NCBI GenBank assembly: GCA_964372085.1
Contig: CAYJPQ010000009.1
Location: 12,415 to 76,414 of the forward strand
Direction: 5' to 3'
From: an uncultured Bifidobacteriaceae bacterium
Lineage (GTDB): Bacteria > Acidobacteriota > Vicinamibacteria > Vicinamibacterales > UBA2999
Length of the DNA stretch: 64,000 nucleotides
Below are positions 17,083 to 25,569 of this stretch, one piece after another. Position numbers and translations under genes: made by a program. The notes beneath the pieces are model-generated. The model ran no database searches and had not been told where the DNA came from. It worked only from the letters and a program-made list of their open reading frames with translations. The number at the start of each line of letters is the position of its first letter. Position 1 is the first letter of the stretch.

Positions 17083-17203
17083 CACGGGGTTCCTCACGGG
17101 GTTCCTCACGGGGGTTCCTCACGGGGGTTCCTCACGAAGGTGCCTCACGATGGTACGTGTGGAACCTTCGTGTGGAACCTTCGTGTGGAACCTTCGTGTG
17201 GAA
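17083..17203. repeat. Inverted arrays of a 13-mer: (GGTTCCTCACGGG)x4-5, centre GGTACG, (GTGTGGAACCTTC)x3
   Basis: Read directly. The right-arm unit is the reverse complement of GGTTCCACACGAA, the same 13-mer family as at 44545-44647. It fills the tsaD-Nudix gap. Confidence 0.9.
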
Positions 17204-18295
17204 CTAGAGCGGCAGGCTTGCTGCCGCGTTGAGGTCGTCGGCCGCCACGTGACCGGCCGCCAGTTGTCTCAAGCCGGCGGCGGCAATCATGGCGGCGTTG
17301 TCGGTCGAGAGCGACAACCTCGGGATGAAGACCGGGATCTCCGTGCCCGTCGACCTGGCAAGGGCATCGGCGCGGAGGCGCGAATTGGCCGACACCCCTC
17401 CGGCGATGCCGATGGCGCGGGCGCCGTGCCACCGCGCGGCGGCAAACGTCTTGTCGACCAGGGTCTCGACCACCCGCCGCTGGAAGCTGGCGGCCAGGTC
17501 GGCGATCTCGGCGCCGGGCAGGCGCTCCGACCCCAACTCGGCCTGGCGCCGCCGCACGTGCCGCAGCACCGCCGTCTTGAGCCCGCTGAAGCTGAAGTCG
17601 AAGCGGCCGTCACGCTCGGGCGCGTTGCGATCGGGGTTGGTCAGGCGGGTGCCGGGCCACCGGATGGCCTCGTCGTGGCCCTGCTGCGCGAGGCGGTCGA
17701 TGATGGGCCCGCCCGGGTACCCCAGGCCCAGGAGCTTCGCCACCTTGTCGTACGCCTCCCCCGCCGCATCATCGCGCGTGCGGCCCAGCAGGCGGTAGTC
17801 GCCTTCCTTCTGGACCAGGTAGAGGCTGGTGTGTCCGCCCGAGACCACCAGCACCACGGCCGGCAGCGGGATGACGCCGTGCTCGAGCCAGATCGACTCG
17901 ATGTGGCCCGCCAGGTGATTCACCGCCACCAGGGGTTTGCCGAGCGCCCACGCGGCCGCCTTGGCGAATGACACGCCCACCAGCAGCGACCCCACCAGGC
18001 CGGGACCCTGCGTCACCGCCAGCGCGTCCACGTCGGCCCAGCCCGCCCCGCCTTCGGCCAGCGCGCGCTCCACGACGCCGCAGATGTCGCGCACGTGCTG
18101 GCGCGAGGCCAGCTCCGGCACGACGCCGCCCCACTCGCGGTGAATGTCCACCTGCGACGCGACGACGTTCGACCGGATCGACCACCCGTTCGACTCGCCC
18201 CGCGTTCGGGGCTCGCTCAGGGCAGGCCGAGAAGGCGACTCCACAAGCGCGGCCGCGGTCTCGTCGCAGGACGTTTCGATGCCGAGGATCAGCAT
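17204..18295 (-). CDS. tsaD: tRNA N6-adenosine threonylcarbamoyltransferase
   Basis: MLILGIETSCDETAAALV N-terminus, GPGLVGSLLVG and the NHLAGH motif. Start at ATG 18295; the track ORF is over-extended to 18748. Confidence 0.9.
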   Translation of the reverse strand: MLILGIETSCDETAAALVESPSRPALSEPRTRGESNGWSIRSNVVASQVDIHREWGGVVPELASRQHVRDICGVVERALAEGGAGWADVDALAVTQGPGLVGSLLVGVSFAKAAAWALGKPLVAVNHLAGHIESIWLEHGVIPLPAVVLVVSGGHTSLYLVQKEGDYRLLGRTRDDAAGEAYDKVAKLLGLGYPGGPIIDRLAQQGHDEAIRWPGTRLTNPDRNAPERDGRFDFSFSGLKTAVLRHVRRRQAELGSERLPGAEIADLAASFQRRVVETLVDKTFAAARWHGARAIGIAGGVSANSRLRADALARSTGTEIPVFIPRLSLSTDNAAMIAAAGLRQLAAGHVAADDLNAAASLPL

Positions 18296-18315
18296 ATGGG
18301 TGGAGGGCCGGGACT

Positions 18316-19356
18316 TCAGTCCCGGCCGCGCGCGAGCGTTTCCAGGTACGGCGGCCGGAACACCCCGCGCTCGGTGATGATCGCGGTGATGTACTTGCTG
18401 GGCGTGACGTCGAAGGCGGGGTTGCGCACCTTTGCGCCCTCGGGCGCCAGCTGGTTCTTGCCGACGTGGGTCACCTCGCGCGGGCTGCGCTCCTCGATGG
18501 GGATGCCCGACCCGTCGGCGGTGGCCAGGTCGATGGTGGACCACGGCGCCGCCACGTAGAAGGGGATGCCGTGCTCCTTCGCCAGCACGGCCACCGAGTA
18601 GGTGCCGATCTTGTTGGCGGTGTCGCCGTTGGCGGCGATGCGGTCGGCGCCCACCACGACCAGGGTGATGTCGCCCGCGCCCATGATGGCGCCGGCCATG
18701 TTGTCGGTGATCACCGTCGTGTCGATGCCGTCCTTCACCAGCTCCCACGCCGTGAGGCGCGCGCCCTGCAGGAACGGGCGGGTCTCGTCGGCCAGCACCT
18801 TCACGTCGCGCCCGGCCTCGATGGCGCCGCGGATTACGCCCAGCGCCGTGCCGTACCCGGCGGTGGCCAGGGCGCCGGCATTGCAGTGCGTGAGGATGGT
18901 CGCCGAGGCGGGCACCAGCGCCGCGCCGTGCACGCCGATGGCCCGGCAGCTCGCCACGTCATCGTCGTGAATCCGGTCGGCGGCGCCGCGCAGGCGCGCG
19001 GCGAGCTGCGCCACCGACTCGCCGGCGAGCGCGCCCTCGGCAAACGCCTGCTTCATGCGCTCGATGGCCCAAAACAGGTTGACGGCCGTGGGCCGCGTGG
19101 AGGCCAGCAGGTCGCAGTTGCGCTGGAACTCGGTGGTGAATTGCTTGGTGCCGGTGGCCTTGCTGCGCGCGGCGCCCAGGGCCACGCCCATGGCCGCGCA
19201 CACGCCGATGGCCGGCGCGCCGCGAATGACCATGGTCTTGATGGCCTTCGCCACGTCGTTCACGGTCTTGCAGGTCACATACACTTCGGCCGCCGGCAGC
19301 TTGCGCTGGTCGACCATCACGATCTCGTCACCTTGCCAGGCGATGGTTGGGAGCAT
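18316..19356 (-). CDS. mtnA: S-methyl-5-thioribose-1-phosphate isomerase
   Basis: [21 protein letters not shown]...IRGAPAIG...[18 protein letters not shown] is typical of the MtnA/eIF-2B family. Confidence 0.85.
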   Translation of the reverse strand: MLPTIAWQGDEIVMVDQRKLPAAEVYVTCKTVNDVAKAIKTMVIRGAPAIGVCAAMGVALGAARSKATGTKQFTTEFQRNCDLLASTRPTAVNLFWAIERMKQAFAEGALAGESVAQLAARLRGAADRIHDDDVASCRAIGVHGAALVPASATILTHCNAGALATAGYGTALGVIRGAIEAGRDVKVLADETRPFLQGARLTAWELVKDGIDTTVITDNMAGAIMGAGDITLVVVGADRIAANGDTANKIGTYSVAVLAKEHGIPFYVAAPWSTIDLATADGSGIPIEERSPREVTHVGKNQLAPEGAKVRNPAFDVTPSKYITAIITERGVFRPPYLETLARGRD

Positions 19357-19372
19357 GTCGGGGTAATTGTAC

Positions 19373-19454
19373 AGGCTTAGGGCTTAGGGCTTGGGCTTGG
19401 GCCTTGGGGCTTGGGGCCTGCGGTACCTCAAGACCCAAGACTCAAGACCCAGGC
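19373..19454. repeat. Heptamer array (GGCTTAG/GGCTTGG)n - GGTACC - (CAAGACC)n
   Basis: AGGCTTAGGGCTTAGGGCTTGGGCTTGGGCCTTGGGGCTTGGGGCCTGCGGTACC, then TCAAGACCCAAGACTCAAGACCCAGGCC. It lies between the cdd stop and the mtnA start. Same family as 16573-16644. Confidence 0.85.
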
Positions 19455-19877
19455 CTACAAGAGTCTTCGATCAAACGGCAGCGGGAAGAGATCCTTCAAC
19501 TGCATCGTGGCCGTCACGGCGGAGAGGTTGGCCATGGTGACCTCGAGGTCGCCGCCGAACTCCCAGAGGATCTGTCGGCAGGCGCCGCAGGGGGGCGTTG
19601 GCGCCGCGGTGTCGGCCACCACCACCACGCGGCGGAACGTGCGGTGGCCGTCCGACAGCGCCTTGAACATGGCCACGCGCTCGGCGCACACGGTGAGGCC
19701 GTAGGTGGCGTTCTCGACGTTGCACCCGGTGATGATGGTGCCGTCCTCGGCTTCGAGCGCGGCCCCCACCTTGAAATGCGAGTAGGGGGCGACGGCGTGC
19801 TCGCGGGCGGCCCGGGCGGCGGCCACCAGTCTATCCGCCGACGCGTTGGCGGAGGTGGAGGTCTTAGAGGCGGCCAA
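19455..19877 (-). CDS. cdd: Cytidine deaminase
   Basis: Zinc motifs CAERVA and PCGACRQ; 140 aa. Confidence 0.85.
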   Translation of the reverse strand: MAASKTSTSANASADRLVAAARAAREHAVAPYSHFKVGAALEAEDGTIITGCNVENATYGLTVCAERVAMFKALSDGHRTFRRVVVVADTAAPTPPCGACRQILWEFGGDLEVTMANLSAVTATMQLKDLFPLPFDRRLL

Positions 19878-20682
19878 TGATCCCCTCCAGCAGGGCGATG
19901 AACTGCCCTTTCACCTGCCGCGCCGTCTCCATCACCTCGTCGTGATGCAGGGGCACTGGCAGCACGCCGGCGGCGGCGTTGGTGATGCACGAGATGCCCA
20001 GCACCTCCACGCCCATGTGCCTGAGCGCGATGGCTTCGGGCGCCGTGGACATGCCCACGGCGTCGGCGCCCAGCACTCGGAAGGCGCGAATCTCGGCCGG
20101 GGTCTCGTAGCTCGGCCCGAGCACGGCCAGGTAGATGCCGTGCTGCAGGTCGAGGCTCATCGCCTTGGCCGCCTCATCGGCGAGGCCGCGCAGCCGCGGC
20201 GAGTACACCGCGCTCATGTCGGGAAACCGCACGCCGAAGCGCTCGTCGTTGGGGCCCACGAGCGGGTTGGCCCCCATCAGGTTGATGTGATCGTCCATCA
20301 CCATCAAGGCGCCGCGCGAGCACTTGGGGTTGATGCCGCCGGCGGCGTTGGTGAGGATCACCTGCGTCACGCCGAGCCGCCCCATCACGCGCATCGCAAA
20401 GGTGACCGTCTGCAGGTCGTGGCCCTCGTAATGGTGCACGCGCCCCGACAGCGCCAGCACGCGCCTGCCGGACGCCAGCCCGCCCACGAGCTTGCCCGCG
20501 TGGCCAATCACCCTGGAGGCGGGCCAGTGGGGGATGTCGCCGTACGGGATGGTGAACGACTCGGCCAGGCCGTCGGCGAAGTCGCCGAGGCCGCTGCCGA
20601 GCACCACGGCGACGTCCGCGCCGCCGCAGCCATGTCCACGCAGCCACTCGGCCGCCTCCGTCACCCGGTCGAAGTAGCTCAC
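19864..20682 (-). CDS. Purine nucleoside phosphorylase (trimeric PNP/PunA type)
   Basis: VVLGSGLG...HYEG...TNAAGG...GPSYETPAE...GMSTAPE motifs. GTG 20682 overlaps the nupC stop (GTGA). The rest of track ORF 19864..21819 is out-of-frame overlap with nupC. Confidence 0.85.
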   Translation of the reverse strand: MSYFDRVTEAAEWLRGHGCGGADVAVVLGSGLGDFADGLAESFTIPYGDIPHWPASRVIGHAGKLVGGLASGRRVLALSGRVHHYEGHDLQTVTFAMRVMGRLGVTQVILTNAAGGINPKCSRGALMVMDDHINLMGANPLVGPNDERFGVRFPDMSAVYSPRLRGLADEAAKAMSLDLQHGIYLAVLGPSYETPAEIRAFRVLGADAVGMSTAPEAIALRHMGVEVLGISCITNAAAGVLPVPLHHDEVMETARQVKGQFIALLEGIIGRL

Positions 20683-21968
20683 AGCAGGAACCCCACGATG
20701 ATGGCGGTCACGAAGTTGGCCAGCGTGCCGGCCAGCATGGCGCGCAGGCCCAGCCGCGCCAGGTCGCCGCGCCGCTCGGGCGCCAGCGCCCCGATGCCGC
20801 CAATCTGCATGCCGATGGACGCGAAGTTGGCGAAGCCGCACAGCGCGAAGGTGGCGATCGTGAACGACCGCGGGTCGAGCGTCTCCTTCATCGGACCGAG
20901 CTGCGCGAACGCGATGAACTCGTTCAGCACCATGCGCGTGCCCAGCAGGTTGCCCACCGCGGCCGCGTCCTTCCACGGCACGCCCAGGCTCCACGCCACC
21001 GGCGCGAACACCCAGCCGAAGACCTGCTGCAGGGTGAGGCCGGCCACGCCGAGGATGGCGTTCACCAGCGCGATGAGCGCCACAAACGAGATGAGCATCG
21101 CGCCCACGTTGAGCGCCAGGTGCAGGCCCTCGCTGGTGCCGCGCCCCGCGGCGTCGATGATGTTCACGTCCTTGTTCTCGACGTCGAGCTTCACCGTGCC
21201 GCGCGTCTCGGGCGTCCCGGTCTCGGGCACGAACATCTTGGCCATCATCAGGGTGCCCGGCGCCGTCATGATCACCGCCGTCAGCAGGTGCTCGGCCTCG
21301 ATGCCGAACGCGATGTACGCGGCCATGATGCCGCCGGAGATGTGGGCCATGCCCGAGGTCATCACCGTCATCAGCTCCGACTGCGTCATCCGCGACAGGT
21401 ACGGCCGGATGGTCAGCGGCGCCTCGGTCTGGCCCATGAAGATGCTGGCCGCCACGTTGAGCGACTCGGCCCCGCTGGCGCCCATCACCCGGTTCATCAC
21501 CACGGCGAAGAGCCGCACGATGACCTGCATCACGCCCAGGTAGTAGAGGATGGCGAACAGCGCCGCGATGAAGATGATGGTGGGCAGGATCTGGAAGGCG
21601 AACACCACCGCGTAGTTGGCGCCCTCGGCGCCCAGCGCCCCTTCCATCACCCGGCCCCACACCGCGCGGTCGCCGAGCGGCCCGAACACGAACGCCGATC
21701 CCACCACCGAGAAGTCCAGCAGCTCGCGCATCCGGTCGCCCAGCACCTCGAACGTGGTCCGGCCCACCTGGGTCTTGAGCACGATCAACGCGAAGAGCAC
21801 CTGGAGGCTGAGGCCCCACCCCACGACGCGGTAGCTGATGGCCTTGCGGTCGGTGGACAGGGCATAGGCCAGCCCCAGGATGCCGAACAGGCCCACCAAC
21901 GGCTGAAGCGTACCCATCAATTGGTCCACGTATCCCTCGTCTCTGGTCCGGCTGAAGCCGGACGCCAC
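20679..21968 (-). CDS. nupC: NupC/CNT-family nucleoside transporter
   Basis: Polytopic protein with the typical CNT C-terminal region (GFANFASIGMQIGGIGALAP). The start may be the internal MGTLQ. Confidence 0.8.
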   Translation of the reverse strand: MASGFSRTRDEGYVDQLMGTLQPLVGLFGILGLAYALSTDRKAISYRVVGWGLSLQVLFALIVLKTQVGRTTFEVLGDRMRELLDFSVVGSAFVFGPLGDRAVWGRVMEGALGAEGANYAVVFAFQILPTIIFIAALFAILYYLGVMQVIVRLFAVVMNRVMGASGAESLNVAASIFMGQTEAPLTIRPYLSRMTQSELMTVMTSGMAHISGGIMAAYIAFGIEAEHLLTAVIMTAPGTLMMAKMFVPETGTPETRGTVKLDVENKDVNIIDAAGRGTSEGLHLALNVGAMLISFVALIALVNAILGVAGLTLQQVFGWVFAPVAWSLGVPWKDAAAVGNLLGTRMVLNEFIAFAQLGPMKETLDPRSFTIATFALCGFANFASIGMQIGGIGALAPERRGDLARLGLRAMLAGTLANFVTAIIVGFLL

Positions 21969-21977
21969 AGTGCCGTG

Positions 21978-23315
21978 CTACGGCACGGCCACGTACATCG
22001 TCTCGCCGCCCCCGTGCACCCAGCCCAGCACCTTCACGGCCTCTGGCGGGGCCACATCCTCGATCGCGATCGCCTTCTTGACCAGGGCGACGGCGGCGGG
22101 CAGGCGGGCCGGGTCGTTATAGAGCAGCCGCAGCACCGGCTCGCCGGCCTGCACGGCCTCACCGGGCTTCTTGAAGATGCGGATGCCCGCGGAGAAATCC
22201 ACCGGGTCGCCCTTCTTGTCGCGCCCGGCCCCGAGCGCCACCGAGGCCTGGCCGACGAAGAGCGCGTCGATCGCCCCCACCACGCCGGTGCGATGGGCGG
22301 GCACGTCGTGGGTCAGTGCGGGGGCCGGCAGGCGGCCCGGGTCGTCCACCACCGAGGCATCTCCGCCCTGCCACGCGATGAGGGCGCGGAGCTTCTCGAG
22401 CGCGGCGCCGCTCGACAGCGCCCCGCGCACCAGGCGGTCGGCCTCGGCGTCGGTCGCGGCCTTGCCGCCGAGCCGCACCATGCGCGCGCCGAGGCGCAGC
22501 ACCGTGTCTTCCAGGTCCTTCGGGCCGCGGCCCCTGAGCGTCTCGATGCACTCGGCAATCTCGACGGCGTTGCCCACCGCACGGCCGAGCGGCGTGTCCA
22601 TGCGCGTGATGAACGCCTCGGTGCGGACGCCGCCGGCCTCGCCAATCGACACCAGCGAGCGCGCCAGCGCGCGGGCGTCCGACGGCGTCTTCATGAACGC
22701 GCCGCGCCCGCACTTCACGTCAAGCACGAGCGCGTCGGCGCCTTCGGCCAGCTTCTTGCTCATCACCGACGAGGCGATCAGCGGCAGGCTCTCCACGGTG
22801 GCGGTGACGTCGCGCAGCGCGTAGAGCACCTTGTCGGCGGGCGCGATGTCGGCGGTCTGGCTGATCAGGCTGCAGCCGACCTCGGCCAGCATCCGCGTGA
22901 ACTCGTCGATCGTCAGCGCGATGCGGAACCCGGGAATGCTCTCCAGCTTGTCGAGGGTGCCGCCCGTGTGGCCCAGGCCGCGTCCCGACATCTTGGGGAC
23001 GGTCACGCCGCACGCGGCCACCAGCGGGGCCAGCACGATCGACACCTTGTCGCCCACCCCGCCCGTGCTGTGCTTGCCCACCTTGATGCCGGGCAGCGCC
23101 GACAAGTCGACGCGGGCGCCCGACCGCACCATCGCGTCGGTCAGCCACGACGTTTCGTCGGGCGTCATGCCCCGGAACACGATGGCCATGAGGAGGGCGG
23201 AGGCCTGGTAGTCGGCCCACGATCCGTCGGTCACGCCCCGCACGAAGGCGTCGATCGACTCCCGGGACAGCGCCTCGCCGTCCCGCTTGGCGCGAATGAT
23301 ATCCACCGCTCGCAT
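21978..23315 (-). CDS. deoA: Thymidine / pyrimidine-nucleoside phosphorylase
   Basis: MRAVDIIRAKRDGEALS...KHSTGGVGDK motifs. ATG 23315 is preferred, because the track start at 23348 would collide with the divergent gene start at 23347. Confidence 0.85.
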   Translation of the reverse strand: MRAVDIIRAKRDGEALSRESIDAFVRGVTDGSWADYQASALLMAIVFRGMTPDETSWLTDAMVRSGARVDLSALPGIKVGKHSTGGVGDKVSIVLAPLVAACGVTVPKMSGRGLGHTGGTLDKLESIPGFRIALTIDEFTRMLAEVGCSLISQTADIAPADKVLYALRDVTATVESLPLIASSVMSKKLAEGADALVLDVKCGRGAFMKTPSDARALARSLVSIGEAGGVRTEAFITRMDTPLGRAVGNAVEIAECIETLRGRGPKDLEDTVLRLGARMVRLGGKAATDAEADRLVRGALSSGAALEKLRALIAWQGGDASVVDDPGRLPAPALTHDVPAHRTGVVGAIDALFVGQASVALGAGRDKKGDPVDFSAGIRIFKKPGEAVQAGEPVLRLLYNDPARLPAAVALVKKAIAIEDVAPPEAVKVLGWVHGGGETMYVAVP

Positions 23316-23346
23316 AGGGCGGTCGGCAGTATATCGTAGGACTCGC

Positions 23347-25569
23347 ATGGCCCAGCGGACGGCGCCTCACGCTGACGTGACCCGCAACGCGGTCAACCTC
23401 GCGCGCGCGATGACCATCGCGCTGCGCAGCTGGGGCTTCTATCCGCCCGACCACCCGGCAGTGGGCCTCGCCGTCGACAGGCTGCTGGCGGCGATGGCCG
23501 AGGCCGCCGGCACCGGCCTGCTGCAGCTCGCCGTCACCCCCAAGGCGCTGCTCATCGACGGCGCGCCGCTCGACTCGCCGGATCTGTCGGTGTCCGAGTG
23601 CGCCGCGCTGCTGCACGACCGCGACATCCTGCAGTTGACGCTGGTCGCGGCCCCGCCCGAACCGGCCGTCCGCGCGCTGCTCACCGTGCTGGCGCTCGAC
23701 CGCGCCGAGCGCCGCGCGCGCGGGGGCCCCGCCGCCATCTGGGAGGCCGAGGGCGACACTTCCATGCTGATCGAGCAGATCGACTACCAGGAAATCCTGG
23801 AGCGCGACTTCGACGAGGGGGCGGCGCGCCGCGACGCCACGTGGAAGGCGATCGTGCAGTCGATCATCATGGGGCGCAAGACCTTCAGCGCCGACGAGCA
23901 GCAGCGGCTGCTGGAGATCTCGCGCGACGTGGGCGCCATCGGCGAGCTCGGCAAGGACTGCAAGGAGGCCTTCTGCACGCCCGAGGGCTCGCCGCTCGTC
24001 ACCACCCAGGCGGCGACCATCCTGGCCGTCTACCGGCACATCGCCAGGACGGTGACCGCGCTCGAGCCCGAGCGCGCCCAGGAGGTGGTGGCGTCGCTGG
24101 CGCTGGCGGCCAGCACCCTCGATCCGTCGACCGTCCTCGAGCTGCTCCGCCAGGAGGACGGCGCCGACGATCCGCTGCAACTCGTCTCCGCCCTCAAGGA
24201 CGCGTTCGACGACCAGCAGGTGGCGCTCCTGCTCGCGCGCGCGCTCGCCACCCCGGGGCACCCCACCAACCGGCTGGCACAGGTGCTCGACACCCTGGCC
24301 CCGGACGAGACCCGGCGCACGCGCGTGCTGAAGCTCGCCGAGCGGCTCATCACCGAACGCGACTTCGGCAGCCGGCGGCCCATCGATGACATCCGCCAGT
24401 CGCTCGACGAGCTGCTGCTGAAGTACGACGAGAAGACCTACGTGTCCACGGAGTACCGCGAGTCGATGGACCAGGCCGCCGTGCGCGCGGCCGACCTGGC
24501 GCGGCGCGGGCTGCCGCCCGAGATAGACGAGTGGCTCGAGACGCTCGGGCACGAGAGCGTCAGGCGCCTGTCGGGCCAGCTGCTGATGGACCTGCTGGCC
24601 AACGAGACGTCCGCCGAGCGCGCGGGCGACATCGCCCGTGACATGGGCGCGTTTGTGGAGGATCTCCTGCTCGCCGGCGCCTACGCAGACGGTGTCCCCG
24701 TCGTGCAGGCGCTCGCCGCCGCGGCCAGCGCGCCCCAGGCCGTGGCCGGACCGGCCTGCGCCGCCGCGCGCGACGCGCTCGGGCAGTCGGCCGCCTTCGG
24801 GGAGGCGGCCGAGATCCTCGCCGAGCAGAGCGCCGCCGAGCTGGCCGACTTCGAGCGCCTGGCCCGCGCCATCGGCCCGGCAGCAGTACCCGGGCTGATG
24901 AAGGCCTACCAGGGTGAGGAGGCGCGCGCTGCGGCCGACCGCGCCTCGGCGATCCTCGCCTCGTTCGGGCCGCCCGCCATCCCCCGCCTCGCCGCCGGCG
25001 TCGACGACCCCCGCTGGTTCGTGCAGCGCGAGATGGCCCGCGTGCTGGGGCAGATCGGCACCGCCGCGGCGGTGCCGCCCCTGCAGACGCTGCTGCGCCG
25101 CGGCGACACCCGCGTGATGCAGGCCGCCGTGTCGGCCATGGCGCGCATCGACGACCCCGCGGCCGCGCGCGCCATCCACAAGGTGCTGCAGGCCACCGCC
25201 GGCCCGGCCCGCGCGGCCGTGATCGAGGCGCTGGTCGGGTTGAAGGACGCCCGCGTCGTGCCGATACTCGGCCGCCTGCTGCAGGACTCCCAGCCCTTCG
25301 GCCACGACCACGCGCTCGTGCTCGAGACGCTGGGCGCCCTGGCGTCGATTCGCGGCGACGGCGCCATCCCCCAGGTGGCGGCCCTCGCGCGCGCGCGCCG
25401 CTGGCGGGCCTGGGGCAAGACGCAGGCCGTGCGCACCTCCGCCCTGCGAACGCTGCGGCGCATCGGCTCGCCCAGGTCGCAACAGGCCTTCGATGATCTG
25501 GCCCGGACGGGCGACTTCTTCCTCAAGCGCCTGGCCCGCAGCGCGGCCGTGCTTCAGGAGGCGCGATGA
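23347..25569 (+). CDS. Large HEAT/PBS-lyase-like repeat protein (HEAT-A) with N-terminal LYPxHP module
   Basis: 740 aa. N-terminus has GFYPPDHPAV. The C-terminal third has HEAT-like repeats (DDPRWFVQREMARVLGQIGTAAAVPPLQTLL, DTRVMQAAVSAMARIDDP). No catalytic motif seen. Confidence 0.75.
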   Translation: MAQRTAPHADVTRNAVNLARAMTIALRSWGFYPPDHPAVGLAVDRLLAAMAEAAGTGLLQLAVTPKALLIDGAPLDSPDLSVSECAALLHDRDILQLTLVAAPPEPAVRALLTVLALDRAERRARGGPAAIWEAEGDTSMLIEQIDYQEILERDFDEGAARRDATWKAIVQSIIMGRKTFSADEQQRLLEISRDVGAIGELGKDCKEAFCTPEGSPLVTTQAATILAVYRHIARTVTALEPERAQEVVASLALAASTLDPSTVLELLRQEDGADDPLQLVSALKDAFDDQQVALLLARALATPGHPTNRLAQVLDTLAPDETRRTRVLKLAERLITERDFGSRRPIDDIRQSLDELLLKYDEKTYVSTEYRESMDQAAVRAADLARRGLPPEIDEWLETLGHESVRRLSGQLLMDLLANETSAERAGDIARDMGAFVEDLLLAGAYADGVPVVQALAAAASAPQAVAGPACAAARDALGQSAAFGEAAEILAEQSAAELADFERLARAIGPAAVPGLMKAYQGEEARAAADRASAILASFGPPAIPRLAAGVDDPRWFVQREMARVLGQIGTAAAVPPLQTLLRRGDTRVMQAAVSAMARIDDPAAARAIHKVLQATAGPARAAVIEALVGLKDARVVPILGRLLQDSQPFGHDHALVLETLGALASIRGDGAIPQVAALARARRWRAWGKTQAVRTSALRTLRRIGSPRSQQAFDDLARTGDFFLKRLARSAAVLQEAR

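Noticed and set aside
22720-25482. 920-aa minus-strand ORF antisense to HEAT-A. Similar cases are 26913..29222, 29192..32167, 21120..23339, 44533..46488, 54026..55591, 56107..57165 and 57229..58860.
   Set aside because: All are Arg/Gly/His-rich low-complexity translations lying opposite genes with clear motifs. I treated them as non-coding shadows.
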